Source: a virus. Taken from it: a stretch of 64,000 nt of DNA. This document shows, one piece after another, positions 44,914-54,895 of the stretch. The position numbers and the translations under genes were made by a program. The DNA lies in the IMG/VR virus record IMGVR_UViG_3300042507_006854, positions 82,950 through 146,949 of that record. The stretch is one strand, 5' to 3'. Under the pieces are notes generated by a model that did no database searches, was not told the origin of the DNA, and saw nothing but the letters and a program-made list of their open reading frames with translations. The first letter of the stretch is position 1. Each line of letters begins with the position of its first letter.

Positions 44914-45459
44914 ATGATTATTGACTATGACAAAATAGAAAAAATACCATATCTAAATTCAGAAATAAATCATGAATTTAATTTAAGGTCAATCAGGGCT
45001 TTTGAAAAATTATATTTTAAGGCCCTAGATGAAAAAATAGATTTTATCCTCACTGGAGGAATGGGGTCTTTGTTATATTTCAAAAAAATTTATAGAACAT
45101 TAAATGATATAGATTTTTTAATAAATATTAAAGACTTAAATAAATGGTTTAAAGTCTTCAAAAATGGATATGATTTTTGTTATGAAGACCATTATAAACA
45201 AAACCCTAGTCAAAGAATAAAAGATTTCAAAAATAAGAAAATTAATTCATTAATATTTTTAGACAATGAGTTCAAAGTGAAAATTGAAATTATTAATAGT
45301 GAATTGTCCAAAATTTTGGATTTTTATGAAATAGAAATTAATACTTATTCTTTTAAAATAAAAGAACCACTCTATAGTTATAGAAACAAAATCACATTTA
45401 GGAGAAAAAAAGATTTTGAAGATTGGGGTTTTTTTGAAAAGTTTCTTATTAATACTTGA
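44914..45459 (+). CDS. nucleotidyltransferase-fold protein
   Basis: LTGG...R...DIDF and R.KD..D motifs; ATG at 44914. Confidence 0.65.
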   Translation: MIIDYDKIEKIPYLNSEINHEFNLRSIRAFEKLYFKALDEKIDFILTGGMGSLLYFKKIYRTLNDIDFLINIKDLNKWFKVFKNGYDFCYEDHYKQNPSQRIKDFKNKKINSLIFLDNEFKVKIEIINSELSKILDFYEIEINTYSFKIKEPLYSYRNKITFRRKKDFEDWGFFEKFLINT

Positions 45460-45492
45460 TTTCTTCTAAAAAATAACTTAAGATTTATTTAT

Positions 45493-45578
45493 GGCGGAGT
45501 GGTGTAATGGCAGCCACAACGGACTTAAAATCCGTTGGTCGCAAGACCGTGTGGGTTCGAGTCCCACCTCCGCTACCA
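45493..45578 (+). tRNA. tRNA-Leu (TAA)
   Basis: ACGGA-CTTAAAA-TCCGT; long variable arm; CCA. Confidence 0.93.
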
Positions 45579-45733
45579 AAAAGTTGAGAGAAACTCCGGT
45601 GACCCACCTGAATTCCCCTCATGTTATTAATTACATTTAGAAAATTTAAAAATACATTTTTAAAATTCTATGAATTAATTCTTGTCTTTTTTGAAAAATT
45701 ATATAGAATAAATGTAAATAAATTGAAAATATA

Positions 45734-46000
45734 ATGAAAAAGAAAAAAGAAAAATTTAAAATAACTGAGCAACAAATGTCAGGTTATCTTGGCGATTCTC
45801 AATATAACCAAGCAATTCTTTGGCTTTTGACTATTCCAAAAGAAGAACTTTCTGATTCTATGCTTTCTGCATATAATACTATGCAAAAAGAAGGCCAAAA
45901 TGAAATATGGCTTATTGATCATTTTGAACAAAAATTGTCCGAAGAAATTCGTGAATTTGTTAATTGGAATGATAATTTTCTTACTGCTAAATCTGTATGA
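45734..46000 (+). CDS. hypothetical protein
   Basis: ATGA-coupled to the next gene. Confidence 0.65.
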   Translation: MKKKKEKFKITEQQMSGYLGDSQYNQAILWLLTIPKEELSDSMLSAYNTMQKEGQNEIWLIDHFEQKLSEEIREFVNWNDNFLTAKSV

Positions 46001-46992
46001 CGCTATTAAATTCTAAATCAATTTACTACGATGATGTAAATTTGATTGCCCAACCAACAGAAGTAAAATCGCGTAAAGGCATCCCTCAAGAACTGGAGAG
46101 GGTAATGGTAAGCCCAATGCAATCAATTATTGGACTTATATTTGCATGTAGAGCTTTAACGCTTGGCCTTAGTGTTTGTTTACATCGTTTCGATTCTACA
46201 ATTGAAGAAAGGTTACAACTAATTAATAGTGTATTTATGAATACGAAAAACTCAAATAGTGTCGTCGAACGTATTTGGGTTTCTGTTGGCTTAAAAGATT
46301 TAGATAATATCGAAGCGATTATGAACCAAGGTGTTCAGAATATTATTGTTGATGTTGCTAATGGATATATGTCAGAGGTATTAGAATTTGCTTCTAAGAT
46401 TTACCATAAGTCTGAAAAACAAATTAAAAAAATGATGCTCGGTAACATACATAGTAATACTATTCTTCCAGATTATCAAACACTTTCTAATTATTTTGGT
46501 ATTCCAATTTATTTTCGTTGTGGTATTGCGAGTGGTAGTGTTTGTAACACAAAAGGAATGACTGGATATAATCGTGGACAAATTACAGAAATTGAAGAAT
46601 GTGCTAACTGGATTGAAGAAAACAATAGTAATTTAGTTCTTATTGCGGATGGCGGTATTAAAGATCCCGCTTGTGCTGCAAAGGCTTTTGGTGCTGGCGC
46701 TGATTATGTAATGATGGGTGGGTATTTTGCCCATGCGAAAGAAGCCCAACATGTAGTAGATGAACTATATAAATTTTGGGGTGGAGCTTCAGAATTTCAA
46801 CAGATTTTATCTAAAGGCGTGGCAGAAAGACACAGCGAAGGAAAAGAAAAAGATATTCACCCAGACCATCTTGAAAATCTTGATAAGCTCGTATCAGATT
46901 TATGGGGCGGGATTAGTAGTGCGGTTAGTTACAGTGGTTACCCAACTTTAACAAAATTTATTGGAAATGGAGTATTTGAAATTAAACAATAG
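45997..46992 (+). CDS. guaC: GMP reductase / IMPDH family protein
   Basis: YDDV...P, VDVANG, GIASGSVC.T, IADGG, GADYVMMGG, SEGK. Confidence 0.8.
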   Translation: MTLLNSKSIYYDDVNLIAQPTEVKSRKGIPQELERVMVSPMQSIIGLIFACRALTLGLSVCLHRFDSTIEERLQLINSVFMNTKNSNSVVERIWVSVGLKDLDNIEAIMNQGVQNIIVDVANGYMSEVLEFASKIYHKSEKQIKKMMLGNIHSNTILPDYQTLSNYFGIPIYFRCGIASGSVCNTKGMTGYNRGQITEIEECANWIEENNSNLVLIADGGIKDPACAAKAFGAGADYVMMGGYFAHAKEAQHVVDELYKFWGGASEFQQILSKGVAERHSEGKEKDIHPDHLENLDKLVSDLWGGISSAVSYSGYPTLTKFIGNGVFEIKQ

Positions 46993-47078
46993 GAAGTGTA
47001 CTCAAGTGGTTTACGAGAGCGGTTTACTAAACCGCCGAGGCTTAAACGCCTCCGTGGGTTCGAATCCCACCGCTTCCA
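46992..47078 (+). tRNA. tRNA with ACT anticodon (Ser-ACU), long variable arm
   Basis: GCGGT-TTACTAA-ACCGC; GGAAGTG/CGCTTCC acceptor. Confidence 0.85.
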
Positions 47079-47087
47079 TAATTTTAT

Positions 47088-47300
47088 ATGAAAACTAAAG
47101 ATAATACATATTATACAAAATTAACCTTCAAGGGTCGTTACTTTGATATTGGGATTCGTCCTGTTGAAAGCGATGGTTACGATATCGAAGTGCGTGTAAA
47201 AGGACCATTATCTGGCGATGATTTTCAAGCATTAAGACAATATCTTGATAGTGAAGGATACTTGGAAGCAGCTAAAGATTATTTTAATTATGAAAATTAA
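47088..47300 (+). CDS. hypothetical protein
   Basis: Operon ORF. Confidence 0.6.
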   Translation: MKTKDNTYYTKLTFKGRYFDIGIRPVESDGYDIEVRVKGPLSGDDFQALRQYLDSEGYLEAAKDYFNYEN

Positions 47301-47439
47301 AGATTTAATTGAATTATTGGAAGAAGAAAATCCAAAAGCAAAACTAATTTTAGAATTTGATAATCTAGAATTAGACATTGATGAATGGAATATCGAATCT
47401 TCTGATGAGCTTGTTACGATAAAATTCGTTGAAAAATAA
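47290..47439 (+). CDS. small hypothetical protein
   Basis: MKIKDLIELL-type phage ORF. Confidence 0.55.
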   Translation: MKIKDLIELLEEENPKAKLILEFDNLELDIDEWNIESSDELVTIKFVEK

Positions 47440-47623
47440 CTTGAAAAAATATTATCAAATCCAATCGTGGAACTGGTTATTCAAAAATTGGACAAATTTT
47501 GATTTTCATAAATATTCTTCTTTACAAGACACTAAAAAACGGATAAGCTCCTATAAAGAACACAAATTAGGAGTAAAATTTAGAATTGTAAAGACTGAAA
47601 TATTATATGAAGACAAAAAATAA
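47429..47623 (+). CDS. hypothetical protein
   Basis: Overlapping operon ORF. Confidence 0.5.
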   Translation: MKNNLKKYYQIQSWNWLFKNWTNFDFHKYSSLQDTKKRISSYKEHKLGVKFRIVKTEILYEDKK

Positions 47624-47948
47624 AACTGGAAAAGTAACTCGTTTCATGGATATGCACAGTGGCGGCAAATTAAAAACGCCATTCACCCATATTTATGTTG
47701 ATGCGCCGCTTGATGACGCTCTAAAAATATTCAAAGAAACATTCAAGCGAGACCCTAATAATGTCACTTGCAAATGTTGCGGAGAAGATTTTGTTTATGA
47801 AGAATACGGTTCTTTAGAAGAGGCTACTGCATATGACTGCAAAGCCGAATGGAGTGATATCAAACAGCGATACGATTATGATACGGCTAAAATCTCAATC
47901 GAGAAATATTTTAGTGGAAATAATAAAGTTATTTTTATTACAGAATGA
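47607..47948 (+). CDS. phage hypothetical protein
   Basis: FMDMHSGG...TCKCCGED motif. Confidence 0.7.
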   Translation: MKTKNKTGKVTRFMDMHSGGKLKTPFTHIYVDAPLDDALKIFKETFKRDPNNVTCKCCGEDFVYEEYGSLEEATAYDCKAEWSDIKQRYDYDTAKISIEKYFSGNNKVIFITE

Positions 47949-48358
47949 AAAAAACACACAAAAAATTAATTGCTTTAATTAATAAAATTAATTTTAAAAA
48001 GCACAAAAGAACCTATAGTGCTACAGTTCACTACTATGTTCAAATTAGTGGTAAATATGGAGTAAAGTTTTATAAAAGGCGGCGCGCAATGGAAGAATGT
48101 TTCTTTCGCCAACAGGCGGCACATTTCGCCGGATTTGGGCCAAAAGCCCTCTTCAAAGGAAAGAAAAAAGATTATCATTACTATGTAACAGAACACGCTG
48201 AACAGGGAAAAGGCGTTGTGAATCATGAGGAATTGGCCGAAATTCGACACTATGTTGCAAAAATGGGTTGGTCTACTTATGATCTTTACGGAGATAATGT
48301 TGGAAAAGTAAATGGGAAACCAGTACTAATTGATTTTGATACTTGTACTATAGGTTAA
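47945..48358 (+). CDS. kinase-like protein
   Basis: GVK, DL...NVG and LIDF motifs. Confidence 0.6.
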   Translation: MKKTHKKLIALINKINFKKHKRTYSATVHYYVQISGKYGVKFYKRRRAMEECFFRQQAAHFAGFGPKALFKGKKKDYHYYVTEHAEQGKGVVNHEELAEIRHYVAKMGWSTYDLYGDNVGKVNGKPVLIDFDTCTIG

Positions 48359-48371
48359 ATATAAATTATAA

Positions 48372-48533
48372 TTAATTGATTAAAGGTTCCAAACTATTTA
48401 TCAAATCCTGAAGAGATTGTGAACTAATAGATGAATTGCTTTCCGTAACTTCTGGAATGATATTTTTTTCTATATTAATAAAAGCATTTTTATCAACATT
48501 TTTATCTATCTGTTTATCAATTGAACGAACCAT
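48372..48533 (-). CDS. small hypothetical protein (not in ORF track)
   Basis: GTGTAATACAAAAG-ATG; 53 aa. Confidence 0.45.
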   Translation of the reverse strand: MVRSIDKQIDKNVDKNAFINIEKNIIPEVTESNSSISSQSLQDLINSLEPLIN

Positions 48534-48603
48534 CTTTTGTATTACACATTGTTTTTAAAAAATATTGACATTTAAATAAAAATTAATTAAATTTATATAA
48601 AAT

Positions 48604-48858
48604 ATGAAAAAACTAACCTGGAAAAAGAAACAATATGATGATTTGACCATTTGGATGGCCGAAGTTAAAACTGTTGGATGGCAATTTTCAATTGAAAAAA
48701 TAAAAGAAAAAAAATATGAAGCGTTTGTTTATTATGGGCATGGAGAAGATCATCCGATTTTTCCGCAGGGAGTGTATCTTACATGCTTAGCCGAAGCGCA
48801 AAGAGTTTGCAATGAATGGCTAGAAAATACAATCATTGGTCTTAATAAATGGATTTAA
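48604..48858 (+). CDS. hypothetical protein
   Basis: TTGACA promoter-like sequence upstream. Confidence 0.65.
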   Translation: MKKLTWKKKQYDDLTIWMAEVKTVGWQFSIEKIKEKKYEAFVYYGHGEDHPIFPQGVYLTCLAEAQRVCNEWLENTIIGLNKWI

Positions 48859-48859
48859 T

Positions 48860-49069
48860 ATGAAAACTTTTATTGAATTAAGTATGACGTTTCTAGTTGG
48901 GGTTGCGGTTGTTATCATAACCTCTTTTATTATGGGAATTCCGGTTTCATGGCTTTGGAACCTTTTTTGCCCCAAAGTTTTTGGTTTGGCGAAAATTGAC
49001 TGGATAGATGGAGCAGTATTGTATATTTTGTGCAATTTGCTATTTGCGAATGTCAAATCTTCAAAATAA
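48860..49069 (+). CDS. small membrane protein
   Basis: WLWN...P..FGL motif; two TM helices. Confidence 0.65.
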   Translation: MKTFIELSMTFLVGVAVVIITSFIMGIPVSWLWNLFCPKVFGLAKIDWIDGAVLYILCNLLFANVKSSK

Positions 49070-49470
49070 TGGAACAGAATAAAACAAGATATTTAGTGCG
49101 TTTTCGTGCATTTAACCGCGACGACAAGACACTTTATAAGTGGGATATGTTTGAAGGATACCCACTTAAAGGTGTTAATGCAACTGTTCCGCAAGAATAC
49201 ACTGGTGTTTGCGATAAGAACTTGCAGGATATTTTTGTTGGAGACATTGTTCATTACAATGGGCAAAACTATCTTGTTCGTTTTCGTTATGGTGGCTATA
49301 TGCTTTGGAAACTTGAAAATATTTCAACGCTAAAATTTTGGTGGTTCCATGATGTTTTCGATAAATTTGGAGAAATGGAAGTAGTTGGTAATACTTTTGA
49401 AAATGCGGAATATCTTGTCGATTGTCTTAATAAGCAAAATGAATTCGAAATGGGCTTGACAGATCGTTAA
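49069..49470 (+). CDS. YopX family protein
   Basis: FRA...YTG..DKN...IF.GDIV...EVVGN.FEN. Confidence 0.8.
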   Translation: MEQNKTRYLVRFRAFNRDDKTLYKWDMFEGYPLKGVNATVPQEYTGVCDKNLQDIFVGDIVHYNGQNYLVRFRYGGYMLWKLENISTLKFWWFHDVFDKFGEMEVVGNTFENAEYLVDCLNKQNEFEMGLTDR

Positions 49471-49490
49471 AATTCACTTAACATTCCCAT

Positions 49491-49772
49491 ATGAACAAAA
49501 TCTATTATACCCAAGATGGTCGCCATCCCGAAGATGTTATCTATAAGGAGCGCGAGTTTATCCGTGAGATTAACAGTATTGTAAATAGCAAGTTTGAGAA
49601 GCTTGTAAAAGACTTGCGTCTTGATGAAGCTGGGTCAGATTGGTTATTTGATTACATCTACAACTGTGACGACGAGACTATTTCATTCGACGAGTTCTTG
49701 AATGAGGCTGGCCTTGAGTACAATGATTTTGTAAAGTCACCAGTTCGCTCTTGGTGGTATCACAATGAATAA
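49491..49772 (+). CDS. hypothetical protein
   Basis: TTGACA promoter-like sequence upstream. Confidence 0.65.
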   Translation: MNKIYYTQDGRHPEDVIYKEREFIREINSIVNSKFEKLVKDLRLDEAGSDWLFDYIYNCDDETISFDEFLNEAGLEYNDFVKSPVRSWWYHNE

Positions 49773-50082
49773 AAAATTGCCTTACGATTTAACAGGGGAA
49801 GAAATAAAGGAACTACGTAAAAGAAAGAAAGAAATATACGATTACGTTATGAAAGAATTTGAGAAAGAAACAAATAAAAAATCTGGCGAGCCACATGTTT
49901 TCAAGATGACTCTTGATGATGGATGGGCTAAATATCAATATGACATAACCCTAACCGAAAATTGGTGTATGTTTGATATTCAAAATGAAATGCGCCAAAT
50001 TATGGAAAAGTATGGTGGAACTATTTCTGCTGGAGAGCTTTGCGGCGCTGGATATAAAGACAATGAAAAAGAGAAAAATTAA
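49765..50082 (+). CDS. hypothetical protein
   Basis: Overlapping operon ORF. Confidence 0.6.
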   Translation: MNKKLPYDLTGEEIKELRKRKKEIYDYVMKEFEKETNKKSGEPHVFKMTLDDGWAKYQYDITLTENWCMFDIQNEMRQIMEKYGGTISAGELCGAGYKDNEKEKN

Positions 50083-50461
50083 ATTTCGTTTCTGGTGTCC
50101 CGCTGGAAAATCGTTCGTCCGTGATTATAATTATAATGGCGCGGTAGATGAACTATTTGACGAGAAAGATTTTGATACTCTTATCCCGCAGCAATTTACG
50201 GGGTTGATTGATAAGAACGGCGTGGAAATTTATGAAGGTGATTTAATTAATTTCTCCTGCAATTACACTGTTGAGCTTGGCGATCCAGACATAATCGAAT
50301 ACAAAAATCAAGAAGTTTATTATGATGAGCGTCTTGCTGGATTTTACTTTGGCAAAGACGGATTTCAAATTCTTGATAAAATAATGGAAGATACTATTGA
50401 GGTAGTTGGTAATATAAACCTTAAAAATGATATAATCAAAGAAGTAGAGTGGAGAAGGTAA
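50063..50461 (+). CDS. YopX family protein
   Basis: KFRFW...QFTGLIDKNG.EIYEGD...EVVGNI. Confidence 0.8.
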   Translation: MKKRKIKFRFWCPAGKSFVRDYNYNGAVDELFDEKDFDTLIPQQFTGLIDKNGVEIYEGDLINFSCNYTVELGDPDIIEYKNQEVYYDERLAGFYFGKDGFQILDKIMEDTIEVVGNINLKNDIIKEVEWRR

Positions 50462-51138
50462 TGTTAAAGTATAAAATTAAAGAAGTTCTTCCTAATATCT
50501 TTGCGGTTATCGTAAAAGACAGGTATGATCGTGCCATGTTGTTTTGTCGCGCCCAAGAGTATTACGAAAGTCCAAGCACAAAGTTTCGTGGTAAAAAGTT
50601 CTCAATTTGGGACTACATGAAGTGGTATCACGAACAATATCATTGGGGTTTTAGTTATGGCGCTGATTGGTCGGGATTTAATATTCCATTGAAAACTATT
50701 CGTGAGTGTTATAATAAATTAACTAAACCCGAAAGTCCATACGATAAAGTGGTGGATGAAATTTTAAATAAATTAAAAAGCGAAAGCAATGATTGTTACT
50801 TGATCGGGGCAAAGGATACAAAAGGCGAAACCTTTAAACATGAGGTTTGTCATGCTCTTTATCATACTAATAAAGATTATAAAAAACAAATGGATACTCT
50901 TACTCATGGATTACCTAAAAAATATTATAATGTTTTTGCAAATAATCTTGTGCAAATGGGTTATACGAACAAAGTGGTTGACGATGAGATTCAAGCCTAT
51001 TTGCAGTATGGCTACGAAGAACCAAAGTTTGGAACTGGTGTTGACATTGACGTAAGAATACAGTATAGTGAAATCTATAAAGAAGCTGCTAAAGCGTATG
51101 AACTTCACACAAAGAGATATTCTAGTTTGTGCAAGTAA
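50461..51138 (+). CDS. HExxH-containing phage protein
   Basis: RAQEYYES, WSGFN, KHEVCHALY, DEIQAY. Confidence 0.75.
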   Translation: MLKYKIKEVLPNIFAVIVKDRYDRAMLFCRAQEYYESPSTKFRGKKFSIWDYMKWYHEQYHWGFSYGADWSGFNIPLKTIRECYNKLTKPESPYDKVVDEILNKLKSESNDCYLIGAKDTKGETFKHEVCHALYHTNKDYKKQMDTLTHGLPKKYYNVFANNLVQMGYTNKVVDDEIQAYLQYGYEEPKFGTGVDIDVRIQYSEIYKEAAKAYELHTKRYSSLCK

Positions 51139-51292
51139 ACGTAGATATTTTACCGCCAGAAAAGCGCGGCAAAAAAACGTTACGCCATACAAGTGCAAAA
51201 TCTGCTTTTGCTGGCATCGTTCAACCAAAAGAAAGTTACATCAACAGCACCCTTTAAAAGATCAATATAGAAAATTGAGAATGTATATTTAA
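51098..51292 (+). CDS. small Zn-finger-like protein
   Basis: C..K.R...YKC..C..WH. Confidence 0.55.
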   Translation: MNFTQRDILVCASKRRYFTARKARQKNVTPYKCKICFCWHRSTKRKLHQQHPLKDQYRKLRMYI

Positions 51293-51409
51293 TATGAAAA
51301 CACTAATGTATATAATCCTAATAATCGCAACCGTTTTTGTTTCCGGTTGTTATAGTTCAAAATCGATGGGCGACAAAGAAAAAGCCGATAAGTATTTGAT
51401 TGTTTATTA

Positions 51410-51700
51410 ATGCATTTTAAAGACATTCATAATAAGCCTATCCGCGTTGGTGATAGAGTTTTGGTCTATGTCCAAAAATATTCACGCACACTAGTCGGAG
51501 AAAACATTTATGAAGTCTATCAAGATGAACCCTATCCTGTAGCTGATGTTCCAATGGCGCGTGGGCGAGTAGAATGGAGTGAAGATGTGAACAGTTTTGT
51601 GGTGCGTTATGATTGGACTTGTGAAAGTTGGAAACATAAATCCGCTTCACAAATGGAAGGCGAAAACTACGCTTACGAAATTATACAAAATGAAAATTAA
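51410..51700 (+). CDS. hypothetical protein
   Basis: Operon ORF. Confidence 0.6.
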   Translation: MHFKDIHNKPIRVGDRVLVYVQKYSRTLVGENIYEVYQDEPYPVADVPMARGRVEWSEDVNSFVVRYDWTCESWKHKSASQMEGENYAYEIIQNEN

Positions 51701-51887
51701 ACAAAAAACAATTTATGGTGGTTATCTTGTTGATAAGTATTTCTTCATTCTAGAAGATGATACTCAAGTTCAAGTGCCATTCAGTGAGTGGGAATCCTAC
51801 AAGGCAGGAGATAATTACATTAGTAAAGAAACCAAATCTCGTTTAGATGAGTTAGCAAAAATTGCCCAAAAGAATGGGCTTTATTGA
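51690..51887 (+). CDS. hypothetical protein
   Basis: ATG at 51690. Confidence 0.55.
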   Translation: MKIKQKTIYGGYLVDKYFFILEDDTQVQVPFSEWESYKAGDNYISKETKSRLDELAKIAQKNGLY

Positions 51888-51922
51888 TTGACAAAATAAT
51901 AAAAATGATTTAAAGTGTTGGG

Positions 51923-52597
51923 ATGAAAGGTCTATTCTATCTGCCAGTCCGCGTCGAAGCCAAGAATCATGAGGTTCTTTTTTGGGGCTGTCTGCATTAT
52001 GGCCACGATCCACAGTGGGAAGTTCCTATCTGGAAGCGTAGGGGCTTTAATTCTTCCGAGGAACACGACGAAGGTATCATTCGTAATTGGAATAGCAAGG
52101 CTACAGATAAGACTGTTGGTTTCCTGCTTGGCGACACTATGTTTGGATTTGGTGGCGAGGAAAAGTTTAAAAAGCTGATGAGCCGCCTTAATTTTAGTCG
52201 CGTGTTTATTATGTCAGGAAATCACGCGGCTGGATGGAAGCAAGCATTTGAATCTCTGAAAGATAATACTCTTTACGTTGATGGTAAGTATAATAAAGAA
52301 GTAATTTTCGTGCCTAACTATCTTGAAGCCTATGTGAATGGTCAGCCTATCGTCATGTCTCATTACGCAATCGCTTCGTGGAATGGTCAGGGCAAAGGTT
52401 CGTGGATGCTTCACAGTCATTCGCATGGATCACTCTATGGGACTGATCTTGGAAACATTCTTTATAAGGCAAAGATCGCAGATGTTGGTGTTGAACGCTT
52501 CCTATATCCACCATCTTTCGGTGAGATTAAATGTAATTTTAGTAATCCAGTTGTTAGCTTTGACCATCATAATAGCAAAACAGAAAATCCGTTTTAA
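51923..52597 (+). CDS. calcineurin-like metallophosphoesterase
   Basis: GCLHYGH, LGD, GNH, SHY, HSHSHG, DVG. Confidence 0.8.
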   Translation: MKGLFYLPVRVEAKNHEVLFWGCLHYGHDPQWEVPIWKRRGFNSSEEHDEGIIRNWNSKATDKTVGFLLGDTMFGFGGEEKFKKLMSRLNFSRVFIMSGNHAAGWKQAFESLKDNTLYVDGKYNKEVIFVPNYLEAYVNGQPIVMSHYAIASWNGQGKGSWMLHSHSHGSLYGTDLGNILYKAKIADVGVERFLYPPSFGEIKCNFSNPVVSFDHHNSKTENPF

Positions 52598-52818
52598 TGA
52601 ATAAAACCCTCTTACAAACACATATTGATTTGCTCAATGAATGTCGTAGACAAAATAAAATGCTTGAGAAATTAATTGAATTAAATATGAATGATCTGCA
52701 TGAGATTGCCGATCAGCGCGACTGGTATTACGAAGAATATCAAAAGATGAAAGCTGGTAATGAAGAATTGAAAAAATTAATTGAACAGAAATGGTATAAA
52801 GATGAAATACAGAATTAA
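52597..52818 (+). CDS. coiled-coil hypothetical protein
   Basis: TAATG-coupled. Confidence 0.55.
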   Translation: MNKTLLQTHIDLLNECRRQNKMLEKLIELNMNDLHEIADQRDWYYEEYQKMKAGNEELKKLIEQKWYKDEIQN

Positions 52819-53005
52819 AGCATATCATTATAAAAAAGAATCCAGATACTATCCTCAATATAAATTTCTTTGGTTCTGGAATGATTTTGGTGGCGCTTAT
52901 CGGCCCACTCAATCTTTTTCTTCTAAAATAAAAGCACAAAAATATCTTGACGATCATATTGACAAATGTAACCCTAAAATAGAAAATATTCCTTATGAAA
53001 AGTAA
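52802..53005 (+). CDS. hypothetical protein
   Basis: MKYRI...YYPQYK..WFW motif. Confidence 0.6.
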   Translation: MKYRIKAYHYKKESRYYPQYKFLWFWNDFGGAYRPTQSFSSKIKAQKYLDDHIDKCNPKIENIPYEK

Positions 53006-53207
53006 AATGTTAGCGATGATTGACGAACAATATAAAAGCTCATATATAAAACAATTAGAAGAAGAATTGTTGCAATGCGATAAGTATAAAATCGGACATG
53101 ATCGTTACGAAAAATTGCGCCGATTAAACCTACAAGAAATGAAAGAATTGTATTTAAAACATTTGCGTAGTCTCGAAAAATTTGATACACTAGTTGATCA
53201 ATTATGA
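52995..53207 (+). CDS. hypothetical protein
   Basis: Operon ORF. Confidence 0.55.
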   Translation: MKSKMLAMIDEQYKSSYIKQLEEELLQCDKYKIGHDRYEKLRRLNLQEMKELYLKHLRSLEKFDTLVDQL

Positions 53208-54202
53208 AGCTGGCTTCAATAGAGACTATTACTGATCGTATTCATCATCCCAATGCGGACAAGTTGGATATTGTAAAAGTGCTTGGCTGGCAAGTCATTA
53301 CAAAACGTGATGAGTTTAAAAAAGGTGATAAAGTCGTCTTTATTGTAATTGATACAATTCTACCAAAAGCTCCGTGGAGTGAATTTCTTGCTGACAAAAA
53401 GAATCCAGACACACCAATTCGTTTAAAAACTGCCAAACTTCGCGCTTTTTATTCTCAAGGTCTTGTTCTTCCACTTTCTGTTTTGCCAGAGAATGTTCAA
53501 GGTTGGCATGAAGGCGCAGATGTTAGTGGTGCTCTTGGCATTAAAAAATACGAAAAAGAAATTCCTGCTCAATTATCTGGCGAAGTATTAGGTGGGTTTC
53601 CAACTTATCTTTGCGCCCAAACCGATGAGGACAATGGACTTTCAAATCCAGAATTGGTGGATGAGGTTCTGAAAAGTAAATGGATTACTGTTACCGAAAA
53701 GCTTGATGGTAGTTCCTGCACTATCATCATACAAGATCGTGAAATCAAATACGTTTGTAGTCGCCGTCTAGCACTAAAAGAAACTGAAGAAAATAGTTTT
53801 TGGAAAGCCGCTAGAAAACTTGATTTGAGTAAATGTGTTCGTGGTCGTTATGTTATTCAAGGCGAATTGATGGGACCAGGGATTCAAGGCAACCAACTTA
53901 AACTGATCGAACCAGAACTTTATGTGTTTCAAATAAGCTATGAAAATGCTTTCTATCCTTATATTGAAATGGTTTTTGAATGCCGTAATACTTTTGGCTG
54001 TAAATATGTGCGACACGTTGAGAATTTTGATACTACTGAAACTAAAATTACTACCGATTATCTTCAAGATTTGGCCGACAAACAGGCTTTACCAAGCGGT
54101 GAACCAGCGGAAGGTATCGTTGTGCGCCCATTAGACTATCACAATGCTGGCAATGGTCGCCCACTCAGTTTTAAAATCATTAATAGAAATTATAAAGATT
54201 GA
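53204..54202 (+). CDS. RNA ligase (Rnl2/DRB0094-like) with N-terminal OB domain
   Basis: HPNADKL, SQGL, TEKLDGSS, QGEL.GPGIQGN, EGIV, FKIIN. Confidence 0.9.
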   Translation: MKLASIETITDRIHHPNADKLDIVKVLGWQVITKRDEFKKGDKVVFIVIDTILPKAPWSEFLADKKNPDTPIRLKTAKLRAFYSQGLVLPLSVLPENVQGWHEGADVSGALGIKKYEKEIPAQLSGEVLGGFPTYLCAQTDEDNGLSNPELVDEVLKSKWITVTEKLDGSSCTIIIQDREIKYVCSRRLALKETEENSFWKAARKLDLSKCVRGRYVIQGELMGPGIQGNQLKLIEPELYVFQISYENAFYPYIEMVFECRNTFGCKYVRHVENFDTTETKITTDYLQDLADKQALPSGEPAEGIVVRPLDYHNAGNGRPLSFKIINRNYKD

Positions 54203-54597
54203 ACAAGATATTGACAGTAGATTTTGATGACACGATTGCGGTTACAGTTCCTACCGCGTGGGGTGGAGGCGTATTATCTCCACTCTATCGAGTTATTGAT
54301 TTTATAAAATTAAAAATTAAAGAAGGATTTGAAGTTCACATTGTTACTTTTCGCAACCATGACAATAAAAAAGAAGTCATTGATTTTTGTAAAGGCTATG
54401 ATATAAAAATTAAAAGCGTCGTTTGTACGGAAGGCAAAACAAAAACTGAATTTATTAAACAATTAAATAGTTCTCTACATATTGATGACCATGTAGAAAC
54501 TTGCACTCTTTGCACGATGGCTGGAATTGAAGTATTACTTGTAGACTGGGGTCAAGATAAACATAATACAACTGCGAAATTTTTTAATAAGATATGA
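54199..54597 (+). CDS. HAD-superfamily phosphatase
   Basis: DFDDT, VTFR, K, HIDD. Confidence 0.8.
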   Translation: MNKILTVDFDDTIAVTVPTAWGGGVLSPLYRVIDFIKLKIKEGFEVHIVTFRNHDNKKEVIDFCKGYDIKIKSVVCTEGKTKTEFIKQLNSSLHIDDHVETCTLCTMAGIEVLLVDWGQDKHNTTAKFFNKI

Positions 54598-54863
54598 AAA
54601 CTGAAGAAATTTTAAATCAAATTACAGAACTAACAGAAAAATGGTATTATTTAATCGGTAAAGATCATCACAAAGATCGTGATTGTCATTTTTATATCAA
54701 TACCGTTTGGAGTTACGGACAAACACAAAAGTATCGCGTTGAACATTATGGATATCTTTACAGAGATGTCGAAGAAACTTTCGAAACTTATAATGAAGCT
54801 GCTGAATGTTTAATGAACACCTTAAGAATAATGATCAAAAGAGAAAAAATATTGAAAAAATAA
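54594..54863 (+). CDS. hypothetical protein
   Basis: HHKDRDCH motif. Confidence 0.65.
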   Translation: MKTEEILNQITELTEKWYYLIGKDHHKDRDCHFYINTVWSYGQTQKYRVEHYGYLYRDVEETFETYNEAAECLMNTLRIMIKREKILKK

Positions 54864-54895
54864 TAGATTAATAGTGTAAATTCTTTCATATTTAT

